Positions 25,380 to 35,946 of a DNA stretch of 64,000 bases are shown here, in pieces. This stretch comes from Patescibacteria group bacterium (lineage in GTDB: Bacteria > Patescibacteriota > UBA1384 > CAJBMM01), in assembly GCA_041660565.1 (NCBI GenBank), contig JBAZWC010000001.1:70197-134196 (forward strand), given 5' to 3'. Position numbers and translations under genes: made by a program. The notes below the pieces were generated by a model. The model saw nothing but the letters and a program-made list of their open reading frames with translations. It had not been told where the DNA came from and made no database searches. How positions within the stretch are numbered: the stretch's first letter is position 1; each line of letters starts with the position of its first letter.

Positions 25380-28300
25380 ATGCATAAAAAATTGAATCAG
25401 TTAAAGGCTGATCTGAAGTTTTGGCTGTGGAAAACTAAGACACTCAACGCCAAAAGATATGTCTCAATTGTAGTATTGGTAGCAATGCTAGTTGGGGTGA
25501 GTATTTACTCACTAGGTGGTATCATCAAAAAAGTGGCGGCTGCTAACGCTGCCAGTGTTAACTTGCAAACCGGATCGATCACTGTTGACGGCGGTAATTT
25601 TTTGCTCGATAGTAACAAATGTCTTTGGACCACCGATTCCACCAGCACTATCTCTGTGGTTCAAAAAGACGGTTCGAATTTAAATTTACCGTATAATTTT
25701 AAGGGTAAGGTTTGTTTTGATGGTGTAATGAGTACCCCTACCACTCCTCAAGACGTAATTGTTCAAAACGGGGGAGTTCTATCTTTAATGGGGTCACACA
25801 CTTTTAAGACGCTTACAGTAAACTCGGGTGGCACAGTTACTCATCCACCAGCTGACGCGAATGGTAAAGCGGTACCGTACGGTTCGCGTTCGTTTATGTA
25901 CGCCATGCGTTTTACATTTTTTGTTAAAGTTGAGGCCCCAGCCGGTGATCCGACAAATATTAAACGGGTTTATCTAAAAGCACCAGACAGTAACGACTCG
26001 ATCGTTATTGAAGCTGGCGGGGGCGCGTTACCCGGAACATCTAGCGTAGATGATCCGGCCGCATTTAATCTTGGTTTAATCTCGTGGCACGCCAACAATG
26101 GCATAGGCTGTAACTTAATGGACGCATCGTTTAGAGCTAGTTCGTCTTGCGGCGGTACGTTACCTGCGGCAAACTTTAATACTGAAGCAGAGGTTGCGGT
26201 GTCGCGTGGTGGTGATTCGGTGCGCTACGTACCAATTAGAGTAACCACATGGCAATCAACATCAGATCAATTCTATAAGGTTGGATATCGAGAAACACTC
26301 CAAATTGGAGCGGGTGCGGAGACTCAGATTGCCAATAACCCACAATATTTACCGATCAGCTATATTTATGGACCATACGAAGGGCCAAGTAGCGAGTCGG
26401 GTACATTAACCGGTGCGGCGGATCCAGCGGCGCAATACAAATCTCGATTCGAATATGCTCAAGCACCAATCGATCAAGCCGATTATTCAAGCTTGGGATC
26501 GAATGGTTGGGGATTAATTAGTAAAGATCTCTCTACTTTTAGAATCTGGTCGTCGTCTCAAAACCGCTATGTCGATCAAGTTGCCAAACCAACCTATTCA
26601 TTCTTTTCTCGGGTTGATTTAACTAACAACGGTACATTTAAAGATTTTGGTAAATACGATTGTACCGGGCATTGCACTAATGTAAACGATGCGTTTTATT
26701 TTGATTATAACGATCCGAGTAGAACCAGTGCCGGTAATCCGTTTTCAAACTCACAGCGTAAAGATGGTTACGGCTATTTGATTGGGGCAAACCCGGGTGC
26801 TTCAACATATGATCCATTGGAGCCAAATGTAGCCTTATTACAAAACTATAAACTACAGACCCACAGTGATGCTGCGCCGGTTATAAAGCCCAGTGTTACG
26901 TTGCATGTTACCGGGGCCGTTACGTTAAACGGCGGCTTAATTGACACCACTAATAAGGGATTACCTGGTGGGTTTACTTACGGTGGTCCAAACAATAGCG
27001 ACAGCAAGTATGGTTTTGCCGGTGTTGGTGGTAAAGGTAATTCATCACCAGGCTGGTGGTACGCTTATGCAGACTGTGATAATAGTAATATTGGTATTCA
27101 GGGTAGTAACTGGTCGGATGGTAATGGTGGTGGTGGCGGCCCAGCCAATAAATCATGTACCGATGTTATTGGTTTAGCAGGCGGCGGTGGCGGTATGGGC
27201 TACGGTGGATCGGGGAAAACCTATGTTGACAGCAACTCTGACAGCGTCTACAACTTAAATAACACAAGAGGAAGTTATTACTCTCACGGTCAAGGTGGGG
27301 CTGGTTTATATGGTATCGGCGGCGGATTTGCTCAAAATTCAGGCACAGGACAATATCAAGCTGTTGCCAATTATGACTCGATGATTCACGGTTATTCATA
27401 TCGTGAAAGATACACCAGTTCAACTGCCGCACTATTAGGTGGCGGTGGTGGTGGAGGTACCGACGCAGGGGCTCCTACTGGAGTATCTCAGCGGTTTGAC
27501 GATGGATCGTTCCCGGCCGGCTCCGGTGGTGGCGCTATTTTGCTAACAGTTGACGGTGATATGACATTATCGGGTAACAGTACAGTCAGTGCTAGCGGTG
27601 GTAACGGATGGGATGTTTCAAATCCAGGAGGTGGCGCCAATCATTATGCAACTACGTCTGGTGGTGGTGGTGGATCAGTCATCCTAAGTGTGAGTGGTAC
27701 CATCAATCTAGCCAACACCTCTATTATTAAAGCAAACGGTGGTAACACTTCTGGCAGATGTTTTGCATCAAGCGGAAATGAATGTGGAGTCCCCGGAGAA
27801 GGTGGCGGCGGTTTGGTTCGAATTACCGCTTCGGTTTTCTCTGGTGATGGCTGGATTTTTGCCCCAAATAATTACTGTGATGTTAATGGCGCTTATGTCG
27901 GAATCTTAAGTAATTCGGTTCAGGCTGCGGCGGGTAGAGGTACGGCTAGCGGAGGCAGTTTGGTTATGGCAGACGGCAGCGATGCCTACGGCCAGGTCTC
28001 GGAACACGGAATCGTTGACCTAAAGTACGCCGGTAATATACCATTCTGTGGTTCGGGGCTTGGGGCTGGTACCGGCATTCAAATCTCAAAACAGATTGAG
28101 CAATTAAGCAGCGCACCAGCCGAAGGTTCAGCGGCCGTAGCAAGCGCGAATGGTAATAATGTGGTCACGGTTACCAACGGATCAATCCTGCGCGTTACTA
28201 TCACTGTTTCCAATCTATCTACAACCAACCAAACTGTTACAATTTCCGATGTTTTACCGAAATCAACTATGACTCTTGGTACTACATCGCCAGCAGTCAC

Positions 28301-29120
28301 CCTTACCTCCGGGCTGCAGTTTGACGGGAGTAACGACTACGTTGTAGTCCCGGGTAATGCTGGTTTACGCATGACCACACTAACCCTTGAAGGTTGGATA
28401 AATACTACATCCGGTGCATCCAGTTATCCGCTTAACTATGGTGCTTACGGTTTCCAAATTAATAAATGGAGCTCAGGCGGTGCACTTAGCCTATTATTTA
28501 CTAATCAGTATGGGGTAGGAGAGGAATGTATATCGAATCGTTCGGTAAATGATGGGAATTGGCATCATATTGCCGGTACTATTGATCAAGCTAATAAAAA
28601 ATATTCTATCTACATCGATGGCGCTCTGAGTAAAGCGTGTACCATGAATGCCAATATTAAATACTCCTCAACCGAATCGTTGTATTTTGGAACTGGTAGT
28701 CCTACTGTTGGAAGGTTTAACGGCAAGTTAAATGAAATTAGGGTTTCAAACAATTTGCGATATACCGGGAATTATACTCCGAGTAATCACTTTAACACCG
28801 ATGCAAACACTATTGGTCTTTGGCACCTAGATGGTGTTGCCGGTAGCACCACTGCTACTGACTCATCCAGCAATGGCAACAATGGAACCCTAATGAATGG
28901 CGCTACTAACTCTCCACCTGCGAATGGTTCAACCGATGGCCCGGTTTGGCTGTACGACCCCGATACTGTTATTCCGCCGGTGAATGGACTGGTTTATGTC
29001 TATAACTCTACCAGCTCCGATTTTACCCCAACAGTATCAAGCGGTAAGTTTTCCCAATCCGGGATTGCGGTTGCTGCCGGTTCGTACACCATTCTAAGAT
29101 ATGTCACAGTAATTAAATAA
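25380..29120 (+). CDS. Large secreted Gly-rich surface protein with C-terminal LamG/ConA-like domain
   Basis: N-terminal TM helix, GGGGG repeats, FDG.NDYV..T.EGWI..WHHIA..YIDG..F.G.LNEIR. Confidence 0.8.
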   Translation: MHKKLNQLKADLKFWLWKTKTLNAKRYVSIVVLVAMLVGVSIYSLGGIIKKVAAANAASVNLQTGSITVDGGNFLLDSNKCLWTTDSTSTISVVQKDGSNLNLPYNFKGKVCFDGVMSTPTTPQDVIVQNGGVLSLMGSHTFKTLTVNSGGTVTHPPADANGKAVPYGSRSFMYAMRFTFFVKVEAPAGDPTNIKRVYLKAPDSNDSIVIEAGGGALPGTSSVDDPAAFNLGLISWHANNGIGCNLMDASFRASSSCGGTLPAANFNTEAEVAVSRGGDSVRYVPIRVTTWQSTSDQFYKVGYRETLQIGAGAETQIANNPQYLPISYIYGPYEGPSSESGTLTGAADPAAQYKSRFEYAQAPIDQADYSSLGSNGWGLISKDLSTFRIWSSSQNRYVDQVAKPTYSFFSRVDLTNNGTFKDFGKYDCTGHCTNVNDAFYFDYNDPSRTSAGNPFSNSQRKDGYGYLIGANPGASTYDPLEPNVALLQNYKLQTHSDAAPVIKPSVTLHVTGAVTLNGGLIDTTNKGLPGGFTYGGPNNSDSKYGFAGVGGKGNSSPGWWYAYADCDNSNIGIQGSNWSDGNGGGGGPANKSCTDVIGLAGGGGGMGYGGSGKTYVDSNSDSVYNLNNTRGSYYSHGQGGAGLYGIGGGFAQNSGTGQYQAVANYDSMIHGYSYRERYTSSTAALLGGGGGGGTDAGAPTGVSQRFDDGSFPAGSGGGAILLTVDGDMTLSGNSTVSASGGNGWDVSNPGGGANHYATTSGGGGGSVILSVSGTINLANTSIIKANGGNTSGRCFASSGNECGVPGEGGGGLVRITASVFSGDGWIFAPNNYCDVNGAYVGILSNSVQAAAGRGTASGGSLVMADGSDAYGQVSEHGIVDLKYAGNIPFCGSGLGAGTGIQISKQIEQLSSAPAEGSAAVASANGNNVVTVTNGSILRVTITVSNLSTTNQTVTISDVLPKSTMTLGTTSPAVTLTSGLQFDGSNDYVVVPGNAGLRMTTLTLEGWINTTSGASSYPLNYGAYGFQINKWSSGGALSLLFTNQYGVGEECISNRSVNDGNWHHIAGTIDQANKKYSIYIDGALSKACTMNANIKYSSTESLYFGTGSPTVGRFNGKLNEIRVSNNLRYTGNYTPSNHFNTDANTIGLWHLDGVAGSTTATDSSSNGNNGTLMNGATNSPPANGSTDGPVWLYDPDTVIPPVNGLVYVYNSTSSDFTPTVSSGKFSQSGIAVAAGSYTILRYVTVIK

Positions 29121-29122
29121 TT

Positions 29123-30898
29123 ATGATGAAAACTTTACAGCAAAAAATTTCATTCTGGCTAATAGTTCTGGCATGTATCAGTTTGTCTGGGGTGATAAGT
29201 GCTATACCAAAATCACGCGCAGGTAGCTTAATTGCCATTACCAAATCTATCATCAATACCGCCGCGGCGGTCAACACCGATGCTAGCTATAGTTCAGTAG
29301 TTTCGGCGGTTAGCTCAAGCGATGTGTTGTTAGTTACGGTTACCGTAACTAACTACGGGTCTTCGCCAACTGTCACTATTAACGATAGTTATGCCGGTTT
29401 TTCTACTCCGGTTACAAATGGGACCGTCAGTGATACCGCGTTAGGATGGAGCGGTGGTGGTGGCTCATTTAGCTCAGTTAACAGTGTTCTGACTGTCACA
29501 TCGCCAACAATGGTTAGTGGTACCACTAAAAGTTTCTCCTACACCATTACCCCAGCTAATATGCCAAATAACAAACCTAGAATGTTGGCTCTACCAATTT
29601 CTACCACCTCATCTAATTTTGGTATAAGCCAAATGATGGACACGGTATATGTAATGGAATTGCCGAATTCAAGTGCGGCTGGTAGTTCGTTTGTGGCAAA
29701 TACTTATAACAACGCCAGTGGTGGAATTGACCTAAGTTTTGTGGTTCCGGCGGTGAGTGTTCTAATTGGCAACACCACGCTTTACAGCTCAACTACTACT
29801 CTATCTACACCAAAACAAGATTCAACCGTTACCGGAAATAATTCAACTGATTGTAATAGCATTACCATTAGTTACTCCCGTGGAGGTAGCTGTATGTACA
29901 ATACAACGGCTACGGTATCCACTGTAATCAACGCTAAAACTGTCACGGTTGGTAGCGCTTCGGCACAGGTGATGACGGTTCCACCAAGTGCAATTGTTGG
30001 GAACATCAAGGTTGGGGGGTCAACAGCGGCTGTTGGTAACGTTTTATTACCTGGCCAACATCTTAGCAGTAATACCGATAGTTCGTCTGCATCACAAAGT
30101 ATTGCGTATAGTATCGACTCAAATTCTGTCAGTGGATTGAAGGGTTCCGGAGACTCCGATGTTTTTGGTAACGTGTATCTAGATGCAAATCTGGCATTAG
30201 CCAAACGAAACCCTGACTTTTTGTTAGATAACGCCAGCTATACCTCATATGGAGACTTAATTAATGTTGGGGAAAGTAACATAAGTTTATCGTGTGCGGC
30301 TGGTGCGGGTAACAACTGTGGTGCCGGTGGTACTCCGGCAACTGCCAAATATGTGTTATCTGCTAAAAACGGCCTAAATTTTGACCTAAGCTCCATAAAA
30401 ATGTCTAACATTACATCTACGCCAAAAAACCCAAAGAACAGCGGCTATCTCTGGTATGTTAAGGGTGATCTTACTATTACCGGATTAGTTGCAAGCACCA
30501 CCATTACGAATGTTGGAATTGGTACCATATTTGTAGAAGGCAAACTAATAATTTCCGATCTTTCCGTTTCTGCCACTGGTAAGCCACTTGGGTTTATTGC
30601 AACCAACGGGATTGAATGGAAAATTGATAGAGCCGATGTTACTTCATCCACTTTAAATTCCGTGGCTTTCTTTAGTAACCTAGACTTTACAGCTTCCACC
30701 ATCGCCGCAAGTCAATCGCTGAAACTGGTCGGTAGTGTCGTGGCTCGTCAAACTGTTAGTTTTGCAGATGTAAAATTACCCAATATTTCGGATAATTTAA
30801 ATTTGTTAATTCAGTATGACCAAGCCTTAACCACAAATCCTCCTCCACGTATGTCAAAATTGGCTACTCAGCCAAGTGCAAGTGGCGTATCACAATAA
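29123..30898 (+). CDS. Secreted Ser/Thr-rich protein, probably pilus-associated
   Basis: Signal peptide; C-terminal YVKGDL.I..GTIFVEG..L.GS..A..I.YD pattern. Confidence 0.65.
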   Translation: MMKTLQQKISFWLIVLACISLSGVISAIPKSRAGSLIAITKSIINTAAAVNTDASYSSVVSAVSSSDVLLVTVTVTNYGSSPTVTINDSYAGFSTPVTNGTVSDTALGWSGGGGSFSSVNSVLTVTSPTMVSGTTKSFSYTITPANMPNNKPRMLALPISTTSSNFGISQMMDTVYVMELPNSSAAGSSFVANTYNNASGGIDLSFVVPAVSVLIGNTTLYSSTTTLSTPKQDSTVTGNNSTDCNSITISYSRGGSCMYNTTATVSTVINAKTVTVGSASAQVMTVPPSAIVGNIKVGGSTAAVGNVLLPGQHLSSNTDSSSASQSIAYSIDSNSVSGLKGSGDSDVFGNVYLDANLALAKRNPDFLLDNASYTSYGDLINVGESNISLSCAAGAGNNCGAGGTPATAKYVLSAKNGLNFDLSSIKMSNITSTPKNPKNSGYLWYVKGDLTITGLVASTTITNVGIGTIFVEGKLIISDLSVSATGKPLGFIATNGIEWKIDRADVTSSTLNSVAFFSNLDFTASTIAASQSLKLVGSVVARQTVSFADVKLPNISDNLNLLIQYDQALTTNPPPRMSKLATQPSASGVSQ

Positions 30899-31100
30899 CG
30901 CCAAATTATAAATTTTAATAAGTTCGAATAAACGTAGACCACGCTTTAGCGTGTTTGGAAAACAGACTGACCTCCTACGCCAAGGCTACGGATGGTCAAG
31001 AAGTCTGGACTACGATCTTTAGAATTTACTTTGTTGTTACTTGCGCAATCATTAAGTATTGTCATATAATTAATAGTAGGAAATAGAGGGGCCAAACAGT

Positions 31101-31841
31101 ATGATAGATGTCGATCTGGTAACAAAACCAGGGTCTAATCAGCCTTTTCAGGGTGAGTCTTATTGGGGGATCGCCACTATTGTGGTGATTGTCTGTACTG
31201 TCGCGTCACTTGGTTTGCTAGGCTGGTATGTAATGAAAAATTCTTCTACTAAACAAAAGATCGCAAACCAAACCACTGAATCTGCCCGACTAGATGGTGA
31301 AATTTTGGCTGCCAATAAATGGCCGGTTGATACGGTTGAATTGCGATCAAAAGATCTGTTAGGTAGTTTAACCGAATATAAAACTTTGTTAAACAGTCGA
31401 CAGGCGTGGAGCAGAATTTTGCCGGTGGTTTCAGCTTCTACCCTAAATGGAATTAATCTAACCGGAATGAGCATAGATGGAAAACTCGCTCTCAAAATTG
31501 ATGGTACCGCATCCCCTATAAGCGGTGTGGATAACATTACGGCGTATGGAATGGTAGCTAGGCAGGTTATCTCATATCAAAATGCCAAAATTACTATATC
31601 TGATACGTCTGGCGCAACATCCACCACAGAAGTAGCCCCGGTGCTGGTATTTAGCAATGTGGCGTTGACCGCAATTAGTAAAAATTCCAAAGCAGCCACG
31701 CAAGACGCAACTCCAATAGACTCGGCGTTGTTCTCAATTAGCTTAAGCTTGAATCCCGAGATTGTTAAAGAATCGCCGCTTGCACTTCCGTCTACCACCA
31801 CTACTGCTTCACCGTCACCTAGTGCATCAGCTACCCCATAA
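31101..31841 (+). CDS. PilN-like alignment protein
   Basis: TM helix, coiled coil and L.IDG.A..FS.V domain in T4P cluster. Confidence 0.6.
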   Translation: MIDVDLVTKPGSNQPFQGESYWGIATIVVIVCTVASLGLLGWYVMKNSSTKQKIANQTTESARLDGEILAANKWPVDTVELRSKDLLGSLTEYKTLLNSRQAWSRILPVVSASTLNGINLTGMSIDGKLALKIDGTASPISGVDNITAYGMVARQVISYQNAKITISDTSGATSTTEVAPVLVFSNVALTAISKNSKAATQDATPIDSALFSISLSLNPEIVKESPLALPSTTTTASPSPSASATP

Positions 31842-31856
31842 AACGAAAGGGATATT

Positions 31857-32453
31857 GTGACCAAGCAACAAAAAAATATTATCATGATTGCAATTCTGGT
31901 AGTTTTGAGTGCTTTTGCGCTTATCCAACTTTGGATTGGCCCGCTACTGCAAACAAATTTGACCCAGCTAAATCAGCTTAACGCAGATGTTAACGCAAAA
32001 ACTGCTCGCTTAAACACTATTAACAAGATTAAAGCGCCGTTAGCCGACCTGGAATCTGCAATGAGTGATATCGATAAAGTTGGTTTGCCAAAAGGAAACT
32101 CGTTGCCAGACTTAATTGAGCAAGTGGAAAATATTGTCGCCGGTACAAAAGATGCCGCCAGCAACCAACCATATTTTTCTGTTACCTCGTTTGTTCCTAA
32201 CTTAACCAACGCAGTTAACTCGGCGGGGGCGTCGGCATCAGCTAACTCGCTAGATTTCACCTTGGCTGTTAGAGGAAACCCAGACAATCTTGCTATATTA
32301 CTAGACGCGTTTAACAAGAACGTCCGCCCAATGTCAGTAAAAAGTATGACGCTTGCCCCCGATTCTACTTCTAGTGATGTGTTAGTAACCCTAACTATGA
32401 CGGCGTATAATGGTGCCGCATCGTCAACAAAATCTTCCACCGCAAGTCAATAA
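31857..32453 (+). CDS. PilO-like protein
   Basis: TM helix, coiled coil, LP...PDLIEQ..and RPMSV. Confidence 0.7.
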   Translation: MTKQQKNIIMIAILVVLSAFALIQLWIGPLLQTNLTQLNQLNADVNAKTARLNTINKIKAPLADLESAMSDIDKVGLPKGNSLPDLIEQVENIVAGTKDAASNQPYFSVTSFVPNLTNAVNSAGASASANSLDFTLAVRGNPDNLAILLDAFNKNVRPMSVKSMTLAPDSTSSDVLVTLTMTAYNGAASSTKSSTASQ

Positions 32454-32471
32454 TACTTTAAGGATGACGTA

Positions 32472-32744
32472 ATGAAAAAATATATTCCAATTATCGTTAG
32501 CGTACTAATGGTTTTGGTGGTGGTAGGCGCCTTTGTGTATCAAAGAGGACTCTTTTTAGCTAGTCCGAGTATGGAACCGGTAATTACCAGTTCAACAACC
32601 GCTGATTTGTCGGCTGAATCAATTACCAGCGCCAAAAAAATGGCTGACTTGTATAAATCAAGCCTAAATAAAGTATCGTCAGTTCCGATTTCAATTGATA
32701 CTTTAAGCACTAACCCGAAGCCGTTATTTAAAGTTTCAGAATAG
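32472..32744 (+). CDS. Small membrane-anchored pilus-associated protein
   Basis: N-terminal TM helix, located between pilO and pilB. Confidence 0.55.
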   Translation: MKKYIPIIVSVLMVLVVVGAFVYQRGLFLASPSMEPVITSSTTADLSAESITSAKKMADLYKSSLNKVSSVPISIDTLSTNPKPLFKVSE

Positions 32745-32751
32745 GTCTTAG

Positions 32752-35670
32752 ATGAGTGCGTGGCCAATCAAAAATGAAACTCAAAGCCGGGTTTTAAAGT
32801 TATTATCAACCTTGGTTGATTTAGGTTTTGTTAAATCTGAAGTAATTGACAACTTAAGAGCTGAGCTAAAACCGCTTCCATCCGAGGTTGAGCTGGTTGA
32901 GTATTTAGTTAAGCATTTGATTGCCGATTACGACCAGATTAATCGCGCCTATGCCACCTTATTAAAATTACCGTATTTGCAACTACCACAAGAGGTAAAT
33001 AAAGCGTCGCTCATAAAATTACCAAAAGCTGTTTGTGAAGAAAAACAGATGGTGGTTTATGGGACAAATGACAAAGAATGGGATATTGCGGTGGCAAAGC
33101 CGGCTTTATTGCAGGAGAGCCAATCCGGTGTTCTGACTAAATTATCTAAAGCAGAAAAGATCAAATATAAAATCGTAATTACTTCGCCTGATTCAATAAA
33201 AAGATGGCTTAATCAGTATCCGGATCAGAGGACGGAGGACGGAGGACAGAAGACAGAATCATCTCTGTCATTTCGACCCGGGGAGCTGGTTCGAGCGACC
33301 ACGTTGGAGAAATCTCAAGAAAGAATCCCTTCCACTTTAGCCAATTCAGAAAAAGCGGCGTTGATTGGTCGAGCGATTGACCCGAAAGTACTACATAAGA
33401 TTCCGGTGGCCATCGCAAAAGACGTTGGCATTATTGCATATCAGTTTAGAGATAATGTTTTTGAAGTTGCAACAGTAGATCCAATGAGTCAAAAAGTACT
33501 AAACGCTGTTCATTACATTCAAGATCATAACAACGTTAAAATCAATTTACACCATACATCGCGTGACGATATTGATTACGCTATTTCGCAGTATGGGCTT
33601 CATGACCGCATCTTTAACCAAAAAAATCTGTCCGGGCAGAAAATTGATCACGAGCTTTTGTTAAAAATACCTTACAATGTGGCAAAAAAGTATCGTTTTG
33701 TGGTGTTTGGTAAGATCATTACAAGCCAAGGATTAACTGACAATTCAATTTATCAAGTTGCGTCAGACAATCTAAATAATGCCGAGGCAAATATTATTTG
33801 GGGTTATATTGAAAAGAATAACGGGGTTACCCTGTATTTGTACCCAACCGATATCGGTAGCATTGACTACGCGTTGTCTTTATATCCGGAAACAACCGAT
33901 CACAAAGAACAGCTCGCGTTACCGGGCGTTAAAAAAGCTGAGTGGTTATTGCCGCCACCCGTTCCTCATAATCCAGTCCCTGCAACAGCAGCGGTAGTTA
34001 AACCGCAAGCCAAGCCTAACCCTCAAAACGAACAACCTTTGCCGCCCACAGATATACCGGAAGAAAAGCCATCTTTCTGGCCCAAATGGTTAGTTTCATT
34101 GTTTGGTGGTAAAAAAGACAACGAGATTATAATTTCGGAAGATCTTATCTCGCCACCAGGTACTGTACCGAACGCGGCTACATCGGCAATGTTAGGAAAT
34201 CCAAATCCAACTCAACCGCCAATACCGGTGCCGACAAAACCGGCAGAGGTAAAACCACCCGAACAAAAACCACCGAGTCCTGCTCCTGTTCCTCCAAAAC
34301 CCCCTGAAGAGGTGGCAATAGAGCAAAAGACATTTATTCTTAAGACTAAAGAACCCTATGGCGCCAAAGAGAAAGAAGCTGCCCCAAAGCCGGTGGGGGA
34401 AGAAGACGAAGATAACTTAGGGAGCTTGCTTGACCACGATGTAACTACTCTGGAAGAACTGCAGAAGATAATTCAAGAAGGATTTGTACCACGAGTGGTG
34501 GCAGCGCTAGTCAGTTATGCCATCACTTTACACGCCTCAGACGTTCATATCGAAGCAGAAGAAAAAGATGTCCGCGTGCGTTATCGTGTGGATGGTATGT
34601 TGCAAGACGTAATGCGATTACCGGTAGAACAACACGCTGCCATTATTAGTCGTATTAAAATATTGTCCAAGCTGAAAATTGACGAAACTCGTATTCCTCA
34701 AGATGGGCGATTTGACGTAGCGTTTAAAGATCGTGCGGTCGATTTGCGTGTATCATCTATGCCAACGGTGCATGGTGAAAAGATAGTTATGCGTATTTTA
34801 GACAAGACGCATGGTATCATGTCACTGGAAGATTTGGGTGTACTGGGTAGAGCATTTGACATTGTTATCGAAGCCATTAAAAAACCATATGGCATTGTGC
34901 TTTCAACTGGTCCAACCGGATCTGGAAAATCCACCACTTTGTATGCCATTTTAAACCGAATCTCGGTGCCTACGGTCAACGTAATCACACTTGAAGATCC
35001 GGTTGAGTATGAAATAGCCGGGGTTAACCAAGCGCAGATCAAACCAAAAATTGGTTTCACTTTTGCAGAAGGGTTAAGATCGGTTTTGCGCCAAGACCCA
35101 AATATCGTGATGGTGGGAGAGATTCGAGACGCTGAAACCGCCAGCATGGCTACCCACGCAGCCTTAACCGGTCACTTAGTATTATCTACCCTACACACCA
35201 ATGATGCTCCTGGTGCCCTACCACGTCTAATAAATATGGGTATTGAGCCATTCCTAATTACCTCGTCAATTAACTGCGTTGAAGCTCAGCGCCTGGTTCG
35301 TCGAATCTGTCCGAACTGTAAAGAAGAAGTTGAGCTGCCGGAAACGGTTATTAAAGAGATCACCGATGAGCTCAATAAGATACCGGAAAATAATCCCAAA
35401 GATCGTGCCCGGGTGACAAATCCGATGAAGTTCTATCACGGTAAAGGATGCGACAAGTGTCAAAACGGATATCGTGGGCGAATTGGTATTTACGAAGTGA
35501 TGGCCATGAGCGAAAAGGTGGAGCAACTGGCAATCGAAAAAGCATCTGCCGCCTCTATTCAAGCTCAGGCAATTAAAGAAGGCATGATTACCATGAAGCA
35601 AGACGGATTGCTAAAAGCACTAATTGGTATGACCACGGTTGATGAAGTGTTACGCGAAACCTCGGAGTAG
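32752..35670 (+). CDS. pilB: Type IV pilus extension ATPase (GspE/PilB) with extended N-terminus
   Basis: ASDVHIE, PQDGR, GPTGSGKST, LRQDP, GEIRD, STLHTND, Zn Cys motif and GYRGR. Confidence 0.95.
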   Translation: MSAWPIKNETQSRVLKLLSTLVDLGFVKSEVIDNLRAELKPLPSEVELVEYLVKHLIADYDQINRAYATLLKLPYLQLPQEVNKASLIKLPKAVCEEKQMVVYGTNDKEWDIAVAKPALLQESQSGVLTKLSKAEKIKYKIVITSPDSIKRWLNQYPDQRTEDGGQKTESSLSFRPGELVRATTLEKSQERIPSTLANSEKAALIGRAIDPKVLHKIPVAIAKDVGIIAYQFRDNVFEVATVDPMSQKVLNAVHYIQDHNNVKINLHHTSRDDIDYAISQYGLHDRIFNQKNLSGQKIDHELLLKIPYNVAKKYRFVVFGKIITSQGLTDNSIYQVASDNLNNAEANIIWGYIEKNNGVTLYLYPTDIGSIDYALSLYPETTDHKEQLALPGVKKAEWLLPPPVPHNPVPATAAVVKPQAKPNPQNEQPLPPTDIPEEKPSFWPKWLVSLFGGKKDNEIIISEDLISPPGTVPNAATSAMLGNPNPTQPPIPVPTKPAEVKPPEQKPPSPAPVPPKPPEEVAIEQKTFILKTKEPYGAKEKEAAPKPVGEEDEDNLGSLLDHDVTTLEELQKIIQEGFVPRVVAALVSYAITLHASDVHIEAEEKDVRVRYRVDGMLQDVMRLPVEQHAAIISRIKILSKLKIDETRIPQDGRFDVAFKDRAVDLRVSSMPTVHGEKIVMRILDKTHGIMSLEDLGVLGRAFDIVIEAIKKPYGIVLSTGPTGSGKSTTLYAILNRISVPTVNVITLEDPVEYEIAGVNQAQIKPKIGFTFAEGLRSVLRQDPNIVMVGEIRDAETASMATHAALTGHLVLSTLHTNDAPGALPRLINMGIEPFLITSSINCVEAQRLVRRICPNCKEEVELPETVIKEITDELNKIPENNPKDRARVTNPMKFYHGKGCDKCQNGYRGRIGIYEVMAMSEKVEQLAIEKASAASIQAQAIKEGMITMKQDGLLKALIGMTTVDEVLRETSE

Positions 35671-35689
35671 GCGGAGAGCGCAATTATTT

Positions 35690-35871
35690 GTCATTTCGAC
35701 CCGAGGAGATCGTCAGATCGACTACGTTGGCCTCCGGCTCGTAGACCCTCCGGGCGTAAGTCCTACGGGCTGGAGCCTACGGCTCGGAGAGAGAAATCTA
35801 AGCAAGAATCCCTTCCAGTTTTTTTTAAGATTTCTCCAACCGTTCGTGGAAGCTCACGGGGTCGAAATGAC
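35690..35871. repeat. GTCATTTCGAC..GGAGAAATCT family inverted pair with nested CCTCCG elements
   Basis: Empty host at 37073-37121; other copies near 13275, 21881, 21953, 49159 and 62354-62473. Confidence 0.85.
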
Positions 35872-35946
35872 AGGTATTGGCATTTGCACAACCATCATTC
35901 TTAGCGTTATACTTAAGATGAAGTATCTTTTGAGGAGGGATAATTT

